NCBI GenBank assembly: GCA_035697145.1
Contig: DASSDL010000141.1
Coordinates: 13,281-77,280, forward strand
DNA from: Acidimicrobiales bacterium
GTDB taxonomy: Bacteria; Actinomycetota; Acidimicrobiia; Acidimicrobiales; VFJN01
Direction: 5' to 3'
DNA length: 64,000 nt
In this document: positions 37,431 through 46,628 of the stretch, piece after piece
Layout of the letters: every line of letters starts with the position of its first letter
How positions within the stretch are numbered: the first letter of the stretch is position 1
Notes under the pieces: generated by a model
Database searches by the model: none
Seen by the model: only the letters and a program-made list of their open reading frames with translations
What the model was told of the DNA's origin: nothing
Made by a program: the position numbers and the translations under genes

Positions 37431-40400
37431 TCAGCTGAGGATGGCGGCGGGGCCCAGCGCCTCCCGGAGCTGGCCGACGAGGCCGTTGCTGGCGTCCACG
37501 TTCCACCGTTCGGGTAGCCGAACGACCCGCTCCTCTCCGAGCTGGAGGAAGACCGGTGACTCGCCGGGATGATCGGCGAGGACCCGCTTGAGGTGCGCCA
37601 CCTTGGCCTCGGACAACAGCTGGGGCGGAACGCGGAGCCGCAGCGGCTCGACCTGGCCGGTGGCCACCTCGACCACGTCGATCGACTGGGCGATGAGCTT
37701 GGGGGCGTCGTCGCGGGTGTCGACCCGGCCCCGCACGATGACGACCGCATCGTCGGCCAGCTTGTGCCCGTGCTCGGTCATCGTGCGGGGGAAGACCATC
37801 ACCTCGGCCGCGGCCCGCAGGTCCTCGAGGGTGAACACCGCCATGAGATCGCCCCGGCGGGTCCACTTGCGCTGCAGCGCGGTCACCACGCCGCCCACGG
37901 CCTTGAGCTCTCCATCGTCGAGGTCGGCCAGCTCGTCGAGCGAACAGTCGGCCCTGCGGGTAAGGACAGCCTCGGCGCCCAGCAGGGGGTGATCGCTCAC
38001 GTAGAGCCCCAGCATCTCCTTCTCGAACGCCAATCGGTCGCGCTTGTCGAACTCGAGGTCGGGGATGGCCGTGCGCTCGAAGTCGCCGAAGCCGCCGGCA
38101 CCGGCATCGTCGGCGTCGCCGAACAACGTCATGATCCCCATGTCGCGCTCGCGACGCCGGGCAAGGGTGTGGTCGACGATCTGCTCGAACACCGTTAGGA
38201 GGCCCCTGCGCTTGTGGCCGACGCTGTCGAAGGCCCCCGCCTTGATCAGCGACTCGATTGTGCGCTTGTTGAGCACGGAAGGGTCGACCCGCCGGCAGAA
38301 GTCGTAGAAGTCGGCGTACGGCCCGTTGGCCTCGCGCTCGGCGACGATGTGGCCCACGAGCCCCTCGCCGACGTTGCGCACCGCCGATAGGCCGAAGATG
38401 ATGACGCGCTTCTCGCTCCCCCGCCCGCTCGGGGGCGCATTCTGGGCCCCACCGTCGCGCTCCGCCACCACCGGAACGAAGTCCGACGCCGAGCGGTTGA
38501 TGTCCGGCACCTCGACCGCGATGCCCATGGCTCGGCACTCGGCGAGGTAGATGGCCGCCTTCTCGAGGCTGGCCTTGACGCTGGTGAGCAACGCGGCCAG
38601 GTACTCGGCCGGGAAATTGGCCTTGAGGTAAGCCGTCTGGTAGGCGACGAACCCATACCCATATGCGTGCGCCTTGGGGAACGCATAATCGGCAAAAGGC
38701 TCGATGATGTCGAACCACGCTTTGCCCAGCCCGGCCCCATAGCCGGTGCGGTCGCACGCTTCAATGAACTTTTCGCGCTCGGCCGCCATGATCTCGCGGC
38801 GTTTCTTGCCGGCTGCCTTCCGCAGATTGTCAGCCTCGGCGAGAGAGTATCCGGCGAATCGCTGTGCGATCCGCATAACTCCCTCCTGATAGATGCATAG
38901 ACCGTATGTGTCACCCAACACTTCGGCGGCGTCGGGGTGCAGATATTCGACCGGCTTGCGGCCATTCTTGCGGTCGGCGTAGTCGTTGTGCATGTTCGCG
39001 GCCATGGGGCCCGGGCGGTAGAGCGCCACCAGCGCGGCCACGTCCTCGAACGTCGTCGGTTGCAGCGACCGCATGAGCGCCCGCATCGGCCCGCCCTCCA
39101 GCTGGAACACGCCCACGGAGTCGCCCCGCTGTAGCAGCTCGTACGTGGGGTCGTCGTCGAGGGGCACGCGGTCGATGTCCAGCTCGACGCCCCGGGTGTG
39201 GCGGATCACCTCGACGGTGTCGGAGATCACGTCGAGGTTGCGCAGCCCCAGGAAGTCCATCTTGAGCAGGCCCAGCTCCTCGACGCCGTGCATCTCGTAC
39301 TGCGTGACGATCGGGGCGTCCTCGAGCGATTGGCCGTTCTCGGGCTTGCGCTGGATAGGCAGGTACTCGGTGAGCGGCTCCTTGGTGATCACCACGGCGG
39401 CGGCGTGGATCCCGTCCTGGCGGCGCTGGCCCTCGAGGCCCTTGGCCACGTCGACCACCTGCCGGACGTCGGGATCGTCCTCGTACATCTGTCGCAACTC
39501 GGCCGCCATCTTGTAGCCGTCCTCGAAGCGCGGGTCGGGATCGAGGCACGCGTACAGGGGCGTGTCCCGGCCCATGATCAACGGCGGCATGGCCTTGGCC
39601 ACCCGGTCGCCGACGGCGTAGGGCTGGCCCAGCACCCGGGCGGCGTCGCGCACGGCCGCCCGGGCCTTGATGGTGGAGAAGGTGACGATCTGGGCGACGT
39701 GGTCGCGGCCGTAGCGCTCGGCGGCGTAGCGGATCATCTCGTCCCGGAAGCGGGAGTCGAAGTCCATGTCGATGTCGGGCATGGAGATGCGCGACGGGTT
39801 GAGGAAGCGCTCGAACAGGAGGTCGTAGCGGATGGGATCGAGGTCGGTGATGCGCAGGCAGTACGCCACCGCGCAACCGGCGGCGCTCCCCCGCCCCGGG
39901 CCCACCCGGATGCCGTTGCGCCGAGCGTGGGCGATGAGGTCCCAGACGATGAGGAAGTACGAGCTGAAGCCCATGTCGGCGATGACCTGCAGCTCGTACG
40001 CCAGCCGCTCCACCATGTTGTCGGGCAGCGGATCGCCCCAGCGCTGCTTGGCCCCCTCGAACGTGAGGTGGCGCAGGTAGTCGCCGTCGCTGGCGAACTC
40101 ATCGGGCAGGGGGAAGGTGGGCAGCTGCGGCTTGCCGAAGGCGATCTCGACGTCGGCCCGATCGGCGATCCACAGCGTGTTCTCGCACGCTTCGGGGACC
40201 TCGCGGAACAGCGACCGCATCTCGGCGGCGGACTTCAGGTAGTGCTGGTCGCCGTGGAACTTGAACCGGTTGGGGTCGCTCATCAGGGAACCGGTCTGCA
40301 CGCACAGCAGCGCGTCGTGGGCCACCGCGTCGTGCTGGTGGACGTAGTGGCTGTCGTTGGTGGCCAGCAGCGGCGCCCCGATGCGCCGGGCGATCTCGAC

Positions 40401-41018
40401 CAGCTGAGGGTTGGTCTTGTGCTGCTCGGCGATGCCGTGGTCCTGCAGCTCGACGAACAGGTTGTCCTTGCCGAAGATGTCCTGCAGCCGTGCCGCCTTG
40501 GCCGTGGCGCCCTCGATGTCGCCCTGGAGCATCGACTGGAGCACGTGCCCGCCCAGGCATCCGGTGGTGGCGATCAGGCCGCCGGCGTGGTCGGCCAGCG
40601 TCTCCCAGTCGAGGCGAGGCTTGTAGAAGTACCCCTCGAGGAAGGCGCGGCTGGCGAGCTGGATCAGGTTGCGGTAGCCCTCGTTGGTCTCTGCCAGCAG
40701 CGTCAGGTGGTAGTAGAGCTTCTTGCCGCCGTCGGTGTCGCCGCCGGTGTCGTCGACCCGTCCCCGCCGCGCCGGGCGTTCGAACCGGGACTCGTGGGCC
40801 ATGTAGGCCTCGGTGCCCAGGACGGGCTTGATCCCCTGCTTCCGGCACTCCTTGTAGAAGTCGAGGATGCCGTACATGTTGCCGTGGTCGGTGATGCCGA
40901 GGGCCGGCTGGCCGTCGGCGACGGCGGCGCCCACGACCTCGCCGATACGGGCAGCCCCGTCGAGCATCGAGTACTCGGTGTGGACGTGGAGGTGGGTGAA
41001 GCTTCCTCGAGGATGCAC
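37431..41018 (-). CDS. dnaE: DNA polymerase III alpha subunit
   Basis: 1195-aa ORF with the PHP domain HLHVHTEYSMLDGA, palm/fingers motifs (GPGRGSAAG, PDIDMDF) and a C-terminal OB region. Confidence 0.97.
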   Translation of the reverse strand: MHPRGSFTHLHVHTEYSMLDGAARIGEVVGAAVADGQPALGITDHGNMYGILDFYKECRKQGIKPVLGTEAYMAHESRFERPARRGRVDDTGGDTDGGKKLYYHLTLLAETNEGYRNLIQLASRAFLEGYFYKPRLDWETLADHAGGLIATTGCLGGHVLQSMLQGDIEGATAKAARLQDIFGKDNLFVELQDHGIAEQHKTNPQLVEIARRIGAPLLATNDSHYVHQHDAVAHDALLCVQTGSLMSDPNRFKFHGDQHYLKSAAEMRSLFREVPEACENTLWIADRADVEIAFGKPQLPTFPLPDEFASDGDYLRHLTFEGAKQRWGDPLPDNMVERLAYELQVIADMGFSSYFLIVWDLIAHARRNGIRVGPGRGSAAGCAVAYCLRITDLDPIRYDLLFERFLNPSRISMPDIDMDFDSRFRDEMIRYAAERYGRDHVAQIVTFSTIKARAAVRDAARVLGQPYAVGDRVAKAMPPLIMGRDTPLYACLDPDPRFEDGYKMAAELRQMYEDDPDVRQVVDVAKGLEGQRRQDGIHAAAVVITKEPLTEYLPIQRKPENGQSLEDAPIVTQYEMHGVEELGLLKMDFLGLRNLDVISDTVEVIRHTRGVELDIDRVPLDDDPTYELLQRGDSVGVFQLEGGPMRALMRSLQPTTFEDVAALVALYRPGPMAANMHNDYADRKNGRKPVEYLHPDAAEVLGDTYGLCIYQEGVMRIAQRFAGYSLAEADNLRKAAGKKRREIMAAEREKFIEACDRTGYGAGLGKAWFDIIEPFADYAFPKAHAYGYGFVAYQTAYLKANFPAEYLAALLTSVKASLEKAAIYLAECRAMGIAVEVPDINRSASDFVPVVAERDGGAQNAPPSGRGSEKRVIIFGLSAVRNVGEGLVGHIVAEREANGPYADFYDFCRRVDPSVLNKRTIESLIKAGAFDSVGHKRRGLLTVFEQIVDHTLARRRERDMGIMTLFGDADDAGAGGFGDFERTAIPDLEFDKRDRLAFEKEMLGLYVSDHPLLGAEAVLTRRADCSLDELADLDDGELKAVGGVVTALQRKWTRRGDLMAVFTLEDLRAAAEVMVFPRTMTEHGHKLADDAVVIVRGRVDTRDDAPKLIAQSIDVVEVATGQVEPLRLRVPPQLLSEAKVAHLKRVLADHPGESPVFLQLGEERVVRLPERWNVDASNGLVGQLREALGPAAILS

Positions 41019-41177
41019 CCCGGCCGACTCCCTCCGTCGCGAACCTGCTCGATCAGTTCACCGGCGTGGTCGTCCACAGGGGCCTGTGGACAAATGACAC
41101 CCGTGTGATTCGTCGAGCGTAGCGCGCCGGACGGGCGGCCCGGGACCGTTCCGCGCCGAGCCGTGCGCCCTGGAGGA

Positions 41178-42599
41178 TCAGTAGGCCAGGACGCCGGACG
41201 AGGACCCGGCGCCAGCCGGATCACCCCGGACCGCGAGCGCGTCCCAGATCGCGCCCAGCGCCCGATCGTCGTCGGGGGACGTGAGCGAGGCGCTCTCCAG
41301 CTCGGGGAGCGGCAGGCCGCGGCTGCGGAGGTAGCCGCCGATCCCCATGCGCAGGCGCCGCTCCAGCACCTGGGCGCCGGCGCGATCGATGTCGGGGAGC
41401 ACGACCGCGAACCAGTGCTGGGTCTGGTCCGGTACGTGGACCAGGTGGTCGATCACCCCACCCGCCACGAACTGGTGACCCAGCTCCCGCAGGAGCGTGA
41501 CCTGGCGCCGGTACGGCAGCAGTGCGAAGGGCTCGTCGGGCACCTGGACCAGGACCAGGGAGAACGGGCTCCCGGTGCGCTCGCAGTACGCCTTCTCGGC
41601 GGCGATGCGGTCGCACAGGAAGCGTGCGGTCCACAACCGGGTCTCCGGATCGATCGGCGGGGTCGGCGCCGACGGAGCCGCGGGTGCCGCGTGCCGGGGC
41701 GGCGAGGCGGGCCGCACCGGCGGCGGCACGGCGTCGTACCACGCCCCCGGCTGCCCGCGGGCGCCATCCGGATCGGCGACCGCGGGGGTCCCCCCAGGAT
41801 CGGACCAGGGCGCCGGCGATGGGGCGGGCGGGGCCCAGTCGCTGGGGTCCGCCTCCCCCCGAACAGCCCGGCTCCCGTACGGATCGGACCAGGGTGGGGG
41901 AGACACGGTGGGCGGGTCCGGCGGCCAGCCACTCGAGGCCAGCGGGCGTGCGGGCGGCTCCGATGGCCAGCCGGGATCCGACCCGAGTGACCCCAGGGGA
42001 TCGGCCCATTCCGAGCCGGTCGCGCCCACCTCGGCCGGCACCGGCGCGGGCTCCGACCACGCGGGCGAGTCGGCGTAGGTCGACCCGGCGTAGTCGGGAT
42101 CGTCGGCCGGCCTCGCGACCCACACCGACGTCGGCTGGCCGGCGGCGAACGCGTCGTCCCCGGGGCGGTCCCGCTTGGAGAAGGCGCGGCCCCGCGCCAC
42201 GAGCGGCGAGTCGTCCCATTCGTTGCCCTGCGACAGGCGGTCGGCCAACGGCTGGGCCCGGAGTCCCACCTCGGCCGCCACCGCGTACGCGGCCGCCCGC
42301 GTCACGGCCAGCAGCCCCACGCTCGACACCCCGGCGGCGTCCACGTCGGCGGAGCGGAGGGCCAGGTACACGATCGTGGCGGCGGCGGCAGCCAGCAATC
42401 CCGCGCTACGTCCCACGACGAGTCCCGCCGCGAACACCGGGACGAACAGCAGGGTGGCCACGACCTCGACGCGATCGACGTCGGCGGCCACCAGTCCGAC
42501 CGCGACGATCGCCACCACCACAGCAACGGCGAGCATCAACAGTGCCCGAGCCCCGTGCTCGCGCAAGCGGCCCAAGCGCGCGTTTCCCGGCATCCCCAT
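41178..42599 (-). CDS. membrane protein with Trp-Pro repeat linker and degenerate GGDEF-like C-terminal domain
   Basis: About 4 N-terminal TM helices, eight W-x-[DEP]-P repeats (aa 181-287), and a C-terminal domain with GGDEF-domain topology (PETRLWTARFLCDRIAAEKAYCERTGSPFSLVLVQV..HWFAVVLPDID). It lacks the GG[DE]EF signature. Confidence 0.6.
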   Translation of the reverse strand: MGMPGNARLGRLREHGARALLMLAVAVVVAIVAVGLVAADVDRVEVVATLLFVPVFAAGLVVGRSAGLLAAAAATIVYLALRSADVDAAGVSSVGLLAVTRAAAYAVAAEVGLRAQPLADRLSQGNEWDDSPLVARGRAFSKRDRPGDDAFAAGQPTSVWVARPADDPDYAGSTYADSPAWSEPAPVPAEVGATGSEWADPLGSLGSDPGWPSEPPARPLASSGWPPDPPTVSPPPWSDPYGSRAVRGEADPSDWAPPAPSPAPWSDPGGTPAVADPDGARGQPGAWYDAVPPPVRPASPPRHAAPAAPSAPTPPIDPETRLWTARFLCDRIAAEKAYCERTGSPFSLVLVQVPDEPFALLPYRRQVTLLRELGHQFVAGGVIDHLVHVPDQTQHWFAVVLPDIDRAGAQVLERRLRMGIGGYLRSRGLPLPELESASLTSPDDDRALGAIWDALAVRGDPAGAGSSSGVLAY

Positions 42600-42700
42600 C
42601 AGCGCCAGCCTACGTGCCCTCTGACCTGGAAGAGAGGCACACTACCCAGGGAAGAGGGCCCCACACGTTCGGTGACCCATGGCGGGACCCCGACACGCCC

Positions 42701-43264
42701 CTAGAGATACGTTCCCGGGCGGGTTTCCGCTTCGACGTTGGGCTGCGGTGCACCCGGAGGAAGCCGGCGGCGCATCTCGTCGAGCTGCTGGCGGGCCGCC
42801 ATCTGCTGGGCGAAGAGCGTGGCCTGGATGCCGTGGAACAGTCCCTCCAGCCAGCCCACGAGCTGGGCCTTGGCGACCCGCAGCTCGGCTTCGCTGGGGG
42901 TCGCCGTGTCGGCGAAGGGGTGCGCCAGGCGGCCCAGCTCGTCGCGCAGATCGGGCGACAGGGCCCCCGACAGCTCCGAGATCGACGTCTCGTAGATCTC
43001 CCGCAGCCGGTCGCGGCTCTGCTCGTCGAGCTCGGACTGGCGGACCTCTTCCAGCAGGAGCTTGATCATCGACCCGATCCGCATCACCTTGGCCGGCTGC
43101 TCGACGGCCTCGTTGGGTTGATCCCGCGCCTCGCCGGGCGGCACCACCTCCGGGTGCTCGACCGGACCGGCGACCGAGCCCCCGACGGCGCTCCCGTCGG
43201 TCGAACCCGGTGGCGGCTGACCAGGCCCGGGCTGGCTGGCGTTCTGATCGTCGGTGAACGACAT
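42701..43264 (-). CDS. bpa: bacterial proteasome activator Bpa/PafE family (DUF2587)
   Basis: Strong similarity, as I recall it, to mycobacterial Bpa: VEQPAKVMRIGSMIK.LLEEVR, AQLVGWLEGLFHGIQATLFAQQMAAR. The C-terminus is ...RPGTYL (Mtb Bpa ends GQYL). I prefer ATG 43264; a TTG at 43327 is possible. Confidence 0.85.
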   Translation of the reverse strand: MSFTDDQNASQPGPGQPPPGSTDGSAVGGSVAGPVEHPEVVPPGEARDQPNEAVEQPAKVMRIGSMIKLLLEEVRQSELDEQSRDRLREIYETSISELSGALSPDLRDELGRLAHPFADTATPSEAELRVAKAQLVGWLEGLFHGIQATLFAQQMAARQQLDEMRRRLPPGAPQPNVEAETRPGTYL

Positions 43265-43323
43265 GCGGGCCATCCTGCCACGGTCGCCCGCGTATCCCGC
43301 GCGCCGGGAGGAATCCCTCGTGA

Positions 43324-44424
43324 TCAACGCCGGGCGGCCAGGAGGGGGACCAGCATCTCGGCCGACGTCAGCGACCCGTGGCGGCCGATCAGCTCGTAGG
43401 GGCCGACGTCCTGGGGGTCGTGGAAGGCCGCGCGGGTCCGCGCCACCAGGGCCACGTCCCCCAGCCGGGACCGGGCCGCCTCGGTGACCACCGGGCCCAG
43501 CCAGCCCGCCGCCACCATCTCGTCCCGCGTGACCACCCAGGCGTCATCGCCGTGGTGCTCGGCGGCTGCCTCCCACAGGGCGCCGGCCCGGCCCGGCCGC
43601 GCGTGCAGCCAGCGGAAGCGCGCCTCCCCTGACTGCATCGAGCACTGTCCCAACACCGGCGCCGCCAGCTCCACGACGTCGTCGCCGGTCTCGACCTGGC
43701 CGTGATCGGCGATGACCACCAGGGCCGCGCCCGCCGGCAGGCGGGAGACGATCCGGTCGACGACCTGGTCGATCCAGGCCAGCTCGGCGTCGTAGTACTC
43801 CCCCAGGCCGTACTCGTGGGCCACCTTGTCCAGGCCGTCGTAATAGGAGTAGACGAACGGCTCGCCACGGGCCAGGAGGCTCTCGACCTCGGTCACCATG
43901 GTCGCCATCGTGCGGTAGCCCCAGAACCGGGCGGGCTCGAGATGGGCGCCGGTGAACCCCGAGCGGCGGTACTCGGCCCGCGTCACCACCGGGGGGCGCT
44001 GGCCTAGGAACGGGGCCGTCGTCTGCATCTTGGCGGGCGGCAGGCTGTGGTGGGCGTCGCCGGCGGCGGTCGCCCAGCGCAGCACGTTGAGGACCTCGCC
44101 ATGGACCGCCATGCGGTAGCCGACGATGCCGTGCTCCCCGGGCGGCAGGCCGGTGGTGATCGACGTGAGCGCGGACGCCGTCGTCGACGGCGCCACCGTG
44201 GTGATCGGTCCTCCCTCCATGGCCGACAGCGTGGGCGCCAGGGGGCGCCGGGCCGTGAGCTGCTCCCACCCCATGCCGTCGAGCACGAATAGCACGACCT
44301 GGCGCGCGTCGACGACGATCCCCGGAAGCCAGCGCGGCGCGTCGTCGGGGGGTCCCAGGAGCGCAGGCACGACGTTCGTGACGCAGGCCCCGCCGTAGTC
44401 AGGTAGTAGGGGTTCTTGGACCAC
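43324..44424 (-). CDS. alkaline-phosphatase-superfamily (nucleotide pyrophosphatase/phosphodiesterase-like) protein
   Basis: VLFVLDGMGWEQL, TTVAPSTTASALTSITTG (metal/nucleophile Thr region), and ADHGQV near the C-terminal third. GTG start. Confidence 0.8.
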   Translation of the reverse strand: MVQEPLLPDYGGACVTNVVPALLGPPDDAPRWLPGIVVDARQVVLFVLDGMGWEQLTARRPLAPTLSAMEGGPITTVAPSTTASALTSITTGLPPGEHGIVGYRMAVHGEVLNVLRWATAAGDAHHSLPPAKMQTTAPFLGQRPPVVTRAEYRRSGFTGAHLEPARFWGYRTMATMVTEVESLLARGEPFVYSYYDGLDKVAHEYGLGEYYDAELAWIDQVVDRIVSRLPAGAALVVIADHGQVETGDDVVELAAPVLGQCSMQSGEARFRWLHARPGRAGALWEAAAEHHGDDAWVVTRDEMVAAGWLGPVVTEAARSRLGDVALVARTRAAFHDPQDVGPYELIGRHGSLTSAEMLVPLLAARR

Positions 44425-44548
44425 GCCTGTGCCTTTCCGGGATCCACCGTACCCAGCCCGGCGCCGAGCGGGCAGTGGCGTTCGGGCGTCGCCTCCGGGT
44501 TCGCACTGCGCCCCGTACAGTCCAGCCCGACCCCGGCCGCCACCCCTA

Positions 44549-44569
44549 GTGGACCCTCGCGCCCACTAG
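44549..44569. promoter_or_regulatory. 21-nt quasi-palindromic motif, copy 2 (candidate operator in the divergent promoter region)
   Basis: GTGGACCCTCGCGCCCACTAG is identical to 6364-6384. With the flanking bases it reads CTAGTGG-N10-CCACTAG. It lies 38 nt upstream of the Rrf2 gene ATG. Confidence 0.45.
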
Positions 44570-44606
44570 CGGCGCCGGTCTGCGACCGACTCGTTACGCT
44601 CGCGGC

Positions 44607-45059
44607 ATGAAGGTGTCGACCCGCGGTGACTACGCCAGCCGGGCACTGCTGTCGCTGTCGCTGCACGCGGCCGAGGCGGGCCCGACCTCGGTCCGCGACA
44701 TCGCCGAGCGCACCGGGCTGCCGCAGCCTTACCTCGAGCAGATCCTCCTGGCGCTCAAGGGGGCGGGGCTGGTCCGGTCGAAGCGGGGGGTCGGCGGCGG
44801 CTACGTGCTGGCGCGGGAGCCCGCCACGATCACGCTGGGCGACATCGTGAGTGCGGTCGACGGCCCCATCACCGTGGGCGATTTCGGCGAGCCCCACCAG
44901 AACGGCGCCTGTGATCACGAGGGCCAGTGCGTGCTGCTGGCGATCTGGGGGGTGCTGGGCGAGCACATGCGCCGCCACCTCGACGAGCTGACGCTTGCCG
45001 ACATCGCCAGGATGGCCCGCGGCGAGCGCGATTGGCCCGTGGTCGAGCCCGTCGATTGA
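44607..45059 (+). CDS. Rrf2-family transcriptional regulator
   Basis: MKVSTRGDYASRALL.L......GP.SVRDIAERTGLP..YLEQILLALKGAGLV.S.RGVGGGY.LAR. Confidence 0.9.
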   Translation: MKVSTRGDYASRALLSLSLHAAEAGPTSVRDIAERTGLPQPYLEQILLALKGAGLVRSKRGVGGGYVLAREPATITLGDIVSAVDGPITVGDFGEPHQNGACDHEGQCVLLAIWGVLGEHMRRHLDELTLADIARMARGERDWPVVEPVD

Positions 45060-45133
45060 CGGAAGGGTCGCACCCACCGGCTACCGCAAGCGCCGAAATC
45101 CGCAACGTCCGAACGCCGAAACGGTGAGGGCCG

Positions 45134-46069
45134 TCAGCGCAGGCCGGCCAGCACCGCGGCCAGGTCGGCCGGCAGCGGGGAGTCGAACGCCAGGGGCTCG
45201 CCGGTGACGGGGTGCTCCAGGGCCAGGTGCTCGGCGTGCAGCCACGGCCTCGGCGACGGCAGCGACGCGCGGCGACCGCCGTAGCGGGTGTCCCCGACGA
45301 CGGGGTGGCCGATCGACGCCATGTGGACCCGGATCTGATGTGTCCGCCCGGTCTCGAGCTTGCAGCGCAGCTCGGTGACGGCCACCGGGTCCGTGAAGCC
45401 GCGGACCACCTCGTAGCGGGTGCGGGCGTCCTTGCCGGTCAGCGTCACCGCCATGCGGGTGCGATCACGGGCGCTGCGCCCGATGGGTGCGTCGACCATC
45501 CCGGTCGGCGAGTCGACCGCACCCCAGACCAGGGCCCGGTAGCGCCGCTCGACCCCGCGGGCTGCCAGCATCGCCACCAGCGCCTCGTAGGCGGGCTGGG
45601 AGCGGGCGACCAGCAGCAGCCCCGACGTGCCCTTGTCGAGGCGGTGGACGATGCCCGGCCGATCGGGCTCACCCACGGCGCGGATCTCGGGGTAGCGGGC
45701 GAGCAACCCGTGGACCAGGGTTCCCGAGTGCTGGCCGGCCCCGGGATGCACCACCAGGCCCGCGGGTTTGTCGACGACGAGCAGGTCGGGGTCCTCGTAC
45801 ACCAGCGGCACGTCGACGGTGGGATCGGGGGCCAAGACCTCCTCGGCGGACCGATCGGCGGTGGCCACCTCGAGCTCATCGCCCTCCGCAACCCGATGCG
45901 AGCGGGTGGTGACCGCCCGCCCCCCGATCGTCACGTCCCCGGCATCGACCAGCGCCGCGGCGTCGGACCGGCTGCAGCCGGCGATCATGGCGACCACCCG
46001 GTCGAGCCGCTGGCCGTCGAGCGCCCGCGGCACGACCGCTACGAGGGTCGATTCCTCCGGTCGCCCCAT
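45134..46069 (-). CDS. rluD: RluA-family 23S rRNA pseudouridine synthase
   Basis: An N-terminal S4-like domain and the catalytic HRLDKGTSGLLLVA. Sits in the conserved lspA-rluD arrangement. Confidence 0.9.
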   Translation of the reverse strand: MGRPEESTLVAVVPRALDGQRLDRVVAMIAGCSRSDAAALVDAGDVTIGGRAVTTRSHRVAEGDELEVATADRSAEEVLAPDPTVDVPLVYEDPDLLVVDKPAGLVVHPGAGQHSGTLVHGLLARYPEIRAVGEPDRPGIVHRLDKGTSGLLLVARSQPAYEALVAMLAARGVERRYRALVWGAVDSPTGMVDAPIGRSARDRTRMAVTLTGKDARTRYEVVRGFTDPVAVTELRCKLETGRTHQIRVHMASIGHPVVGDTRYGGRRASLPSPRPWLHAEHLALEHPVTGEPLAFDSPLPADLAAVLAGLR

Positions 46070-46124
46070 TGCCCGTCAGCCTCCGTCCCCCGTGGCGTCC
46101 GTGATCCGCGGCATCGACCCTCGC

Positions 46125-46628
46125 TCAAGCGGGTCCCTCGTCGCCGTGGCGCCACTGCGTGCCGAACAGCAGCAGGGCGCCCACGACTATGGCGGCGTCT
46201 GCGATGTTGAACACCGGCCACCACTGCAGGTCGATGAAGTCGACGACTCCGCCCCCCAGCAGGCCGTCGCCGTCCCGAAAGGCGCGGTCGATCAGGTTGC
46301 CCAGCGCCCCCCCGAAGACCAGGCCGATCGCTACCGCCACGCCCGGCCGGGTGGCGTAGCGACCCGAGCGCAACAGCACGGCCACCACCACCAGCGCCAG
46401 CAGCGAGATCAGGGCACCACGGCCCCGGGCCACGCTGAAAGCCGAGCCGTGGTTGATGGTCAGTTGGAGCTGCAGCGTCCACACGACGTGGATCACGCGC
46501 GTGTCGAGCGTCTCGACCGCCCACCACTTGGTGAGCTGGTCGACGGCCAGGACGGCGGCTGCGACGCCCAGGAGCAGTGACCACCGCGCCCGTTGGGCGG
46601 TGGCGGCGGTGGTCGCCTCCCCCGTCAA
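46125..46628 (-). CDS. lspA: lipoprotein signal peptidase (signal peptidase II)
   Basis: DQLTKWW, INHGSAFS, GGALGNLIDR, VVDFID..WPVFNIAD. I propose the TTG at 46628 (overlapping the upstream stop as TTGA). GTG 46664 or the track start 46730 are alternatives. Confidence 0.88.
   Translation of the reverse strand: MTGEATTAATAQRARWSLLLGVAAAVLAVDQLTKWWAVETLDTRVIHVVWTLQLQLTINHGSAFSVARGRGALISLLALVVVAVLLRSGRYATRPGVAVAIGLVFGGALGNLIDRAFRDGDGLLGGGVVDFIDLQWWPVFNIADAAIVVGALLLFGTQWRHGDEGPA

Noticed and set aside
41072-41091. Perfect palindrome GTCCACAGG-GG-CCTGTGGAC, 54-73 nt upstream of dnaE, and a nearby GAAC..TCGA that vaguely recalls a LexA box.
   Set aside because: My rough estimate is that 9-bp arms with a short spacer are expected about once by chance in 64 kb of GC-rich DNA. 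The 2-nt spacer is too small for an RNA hairpin. The sequence does not match the actinobacterial LexA consensus TCGAAC-N4-GTTCGA, and dnaE1 is not a known SOS gene. It is possibly an operator, but this is not supportable from one copy.
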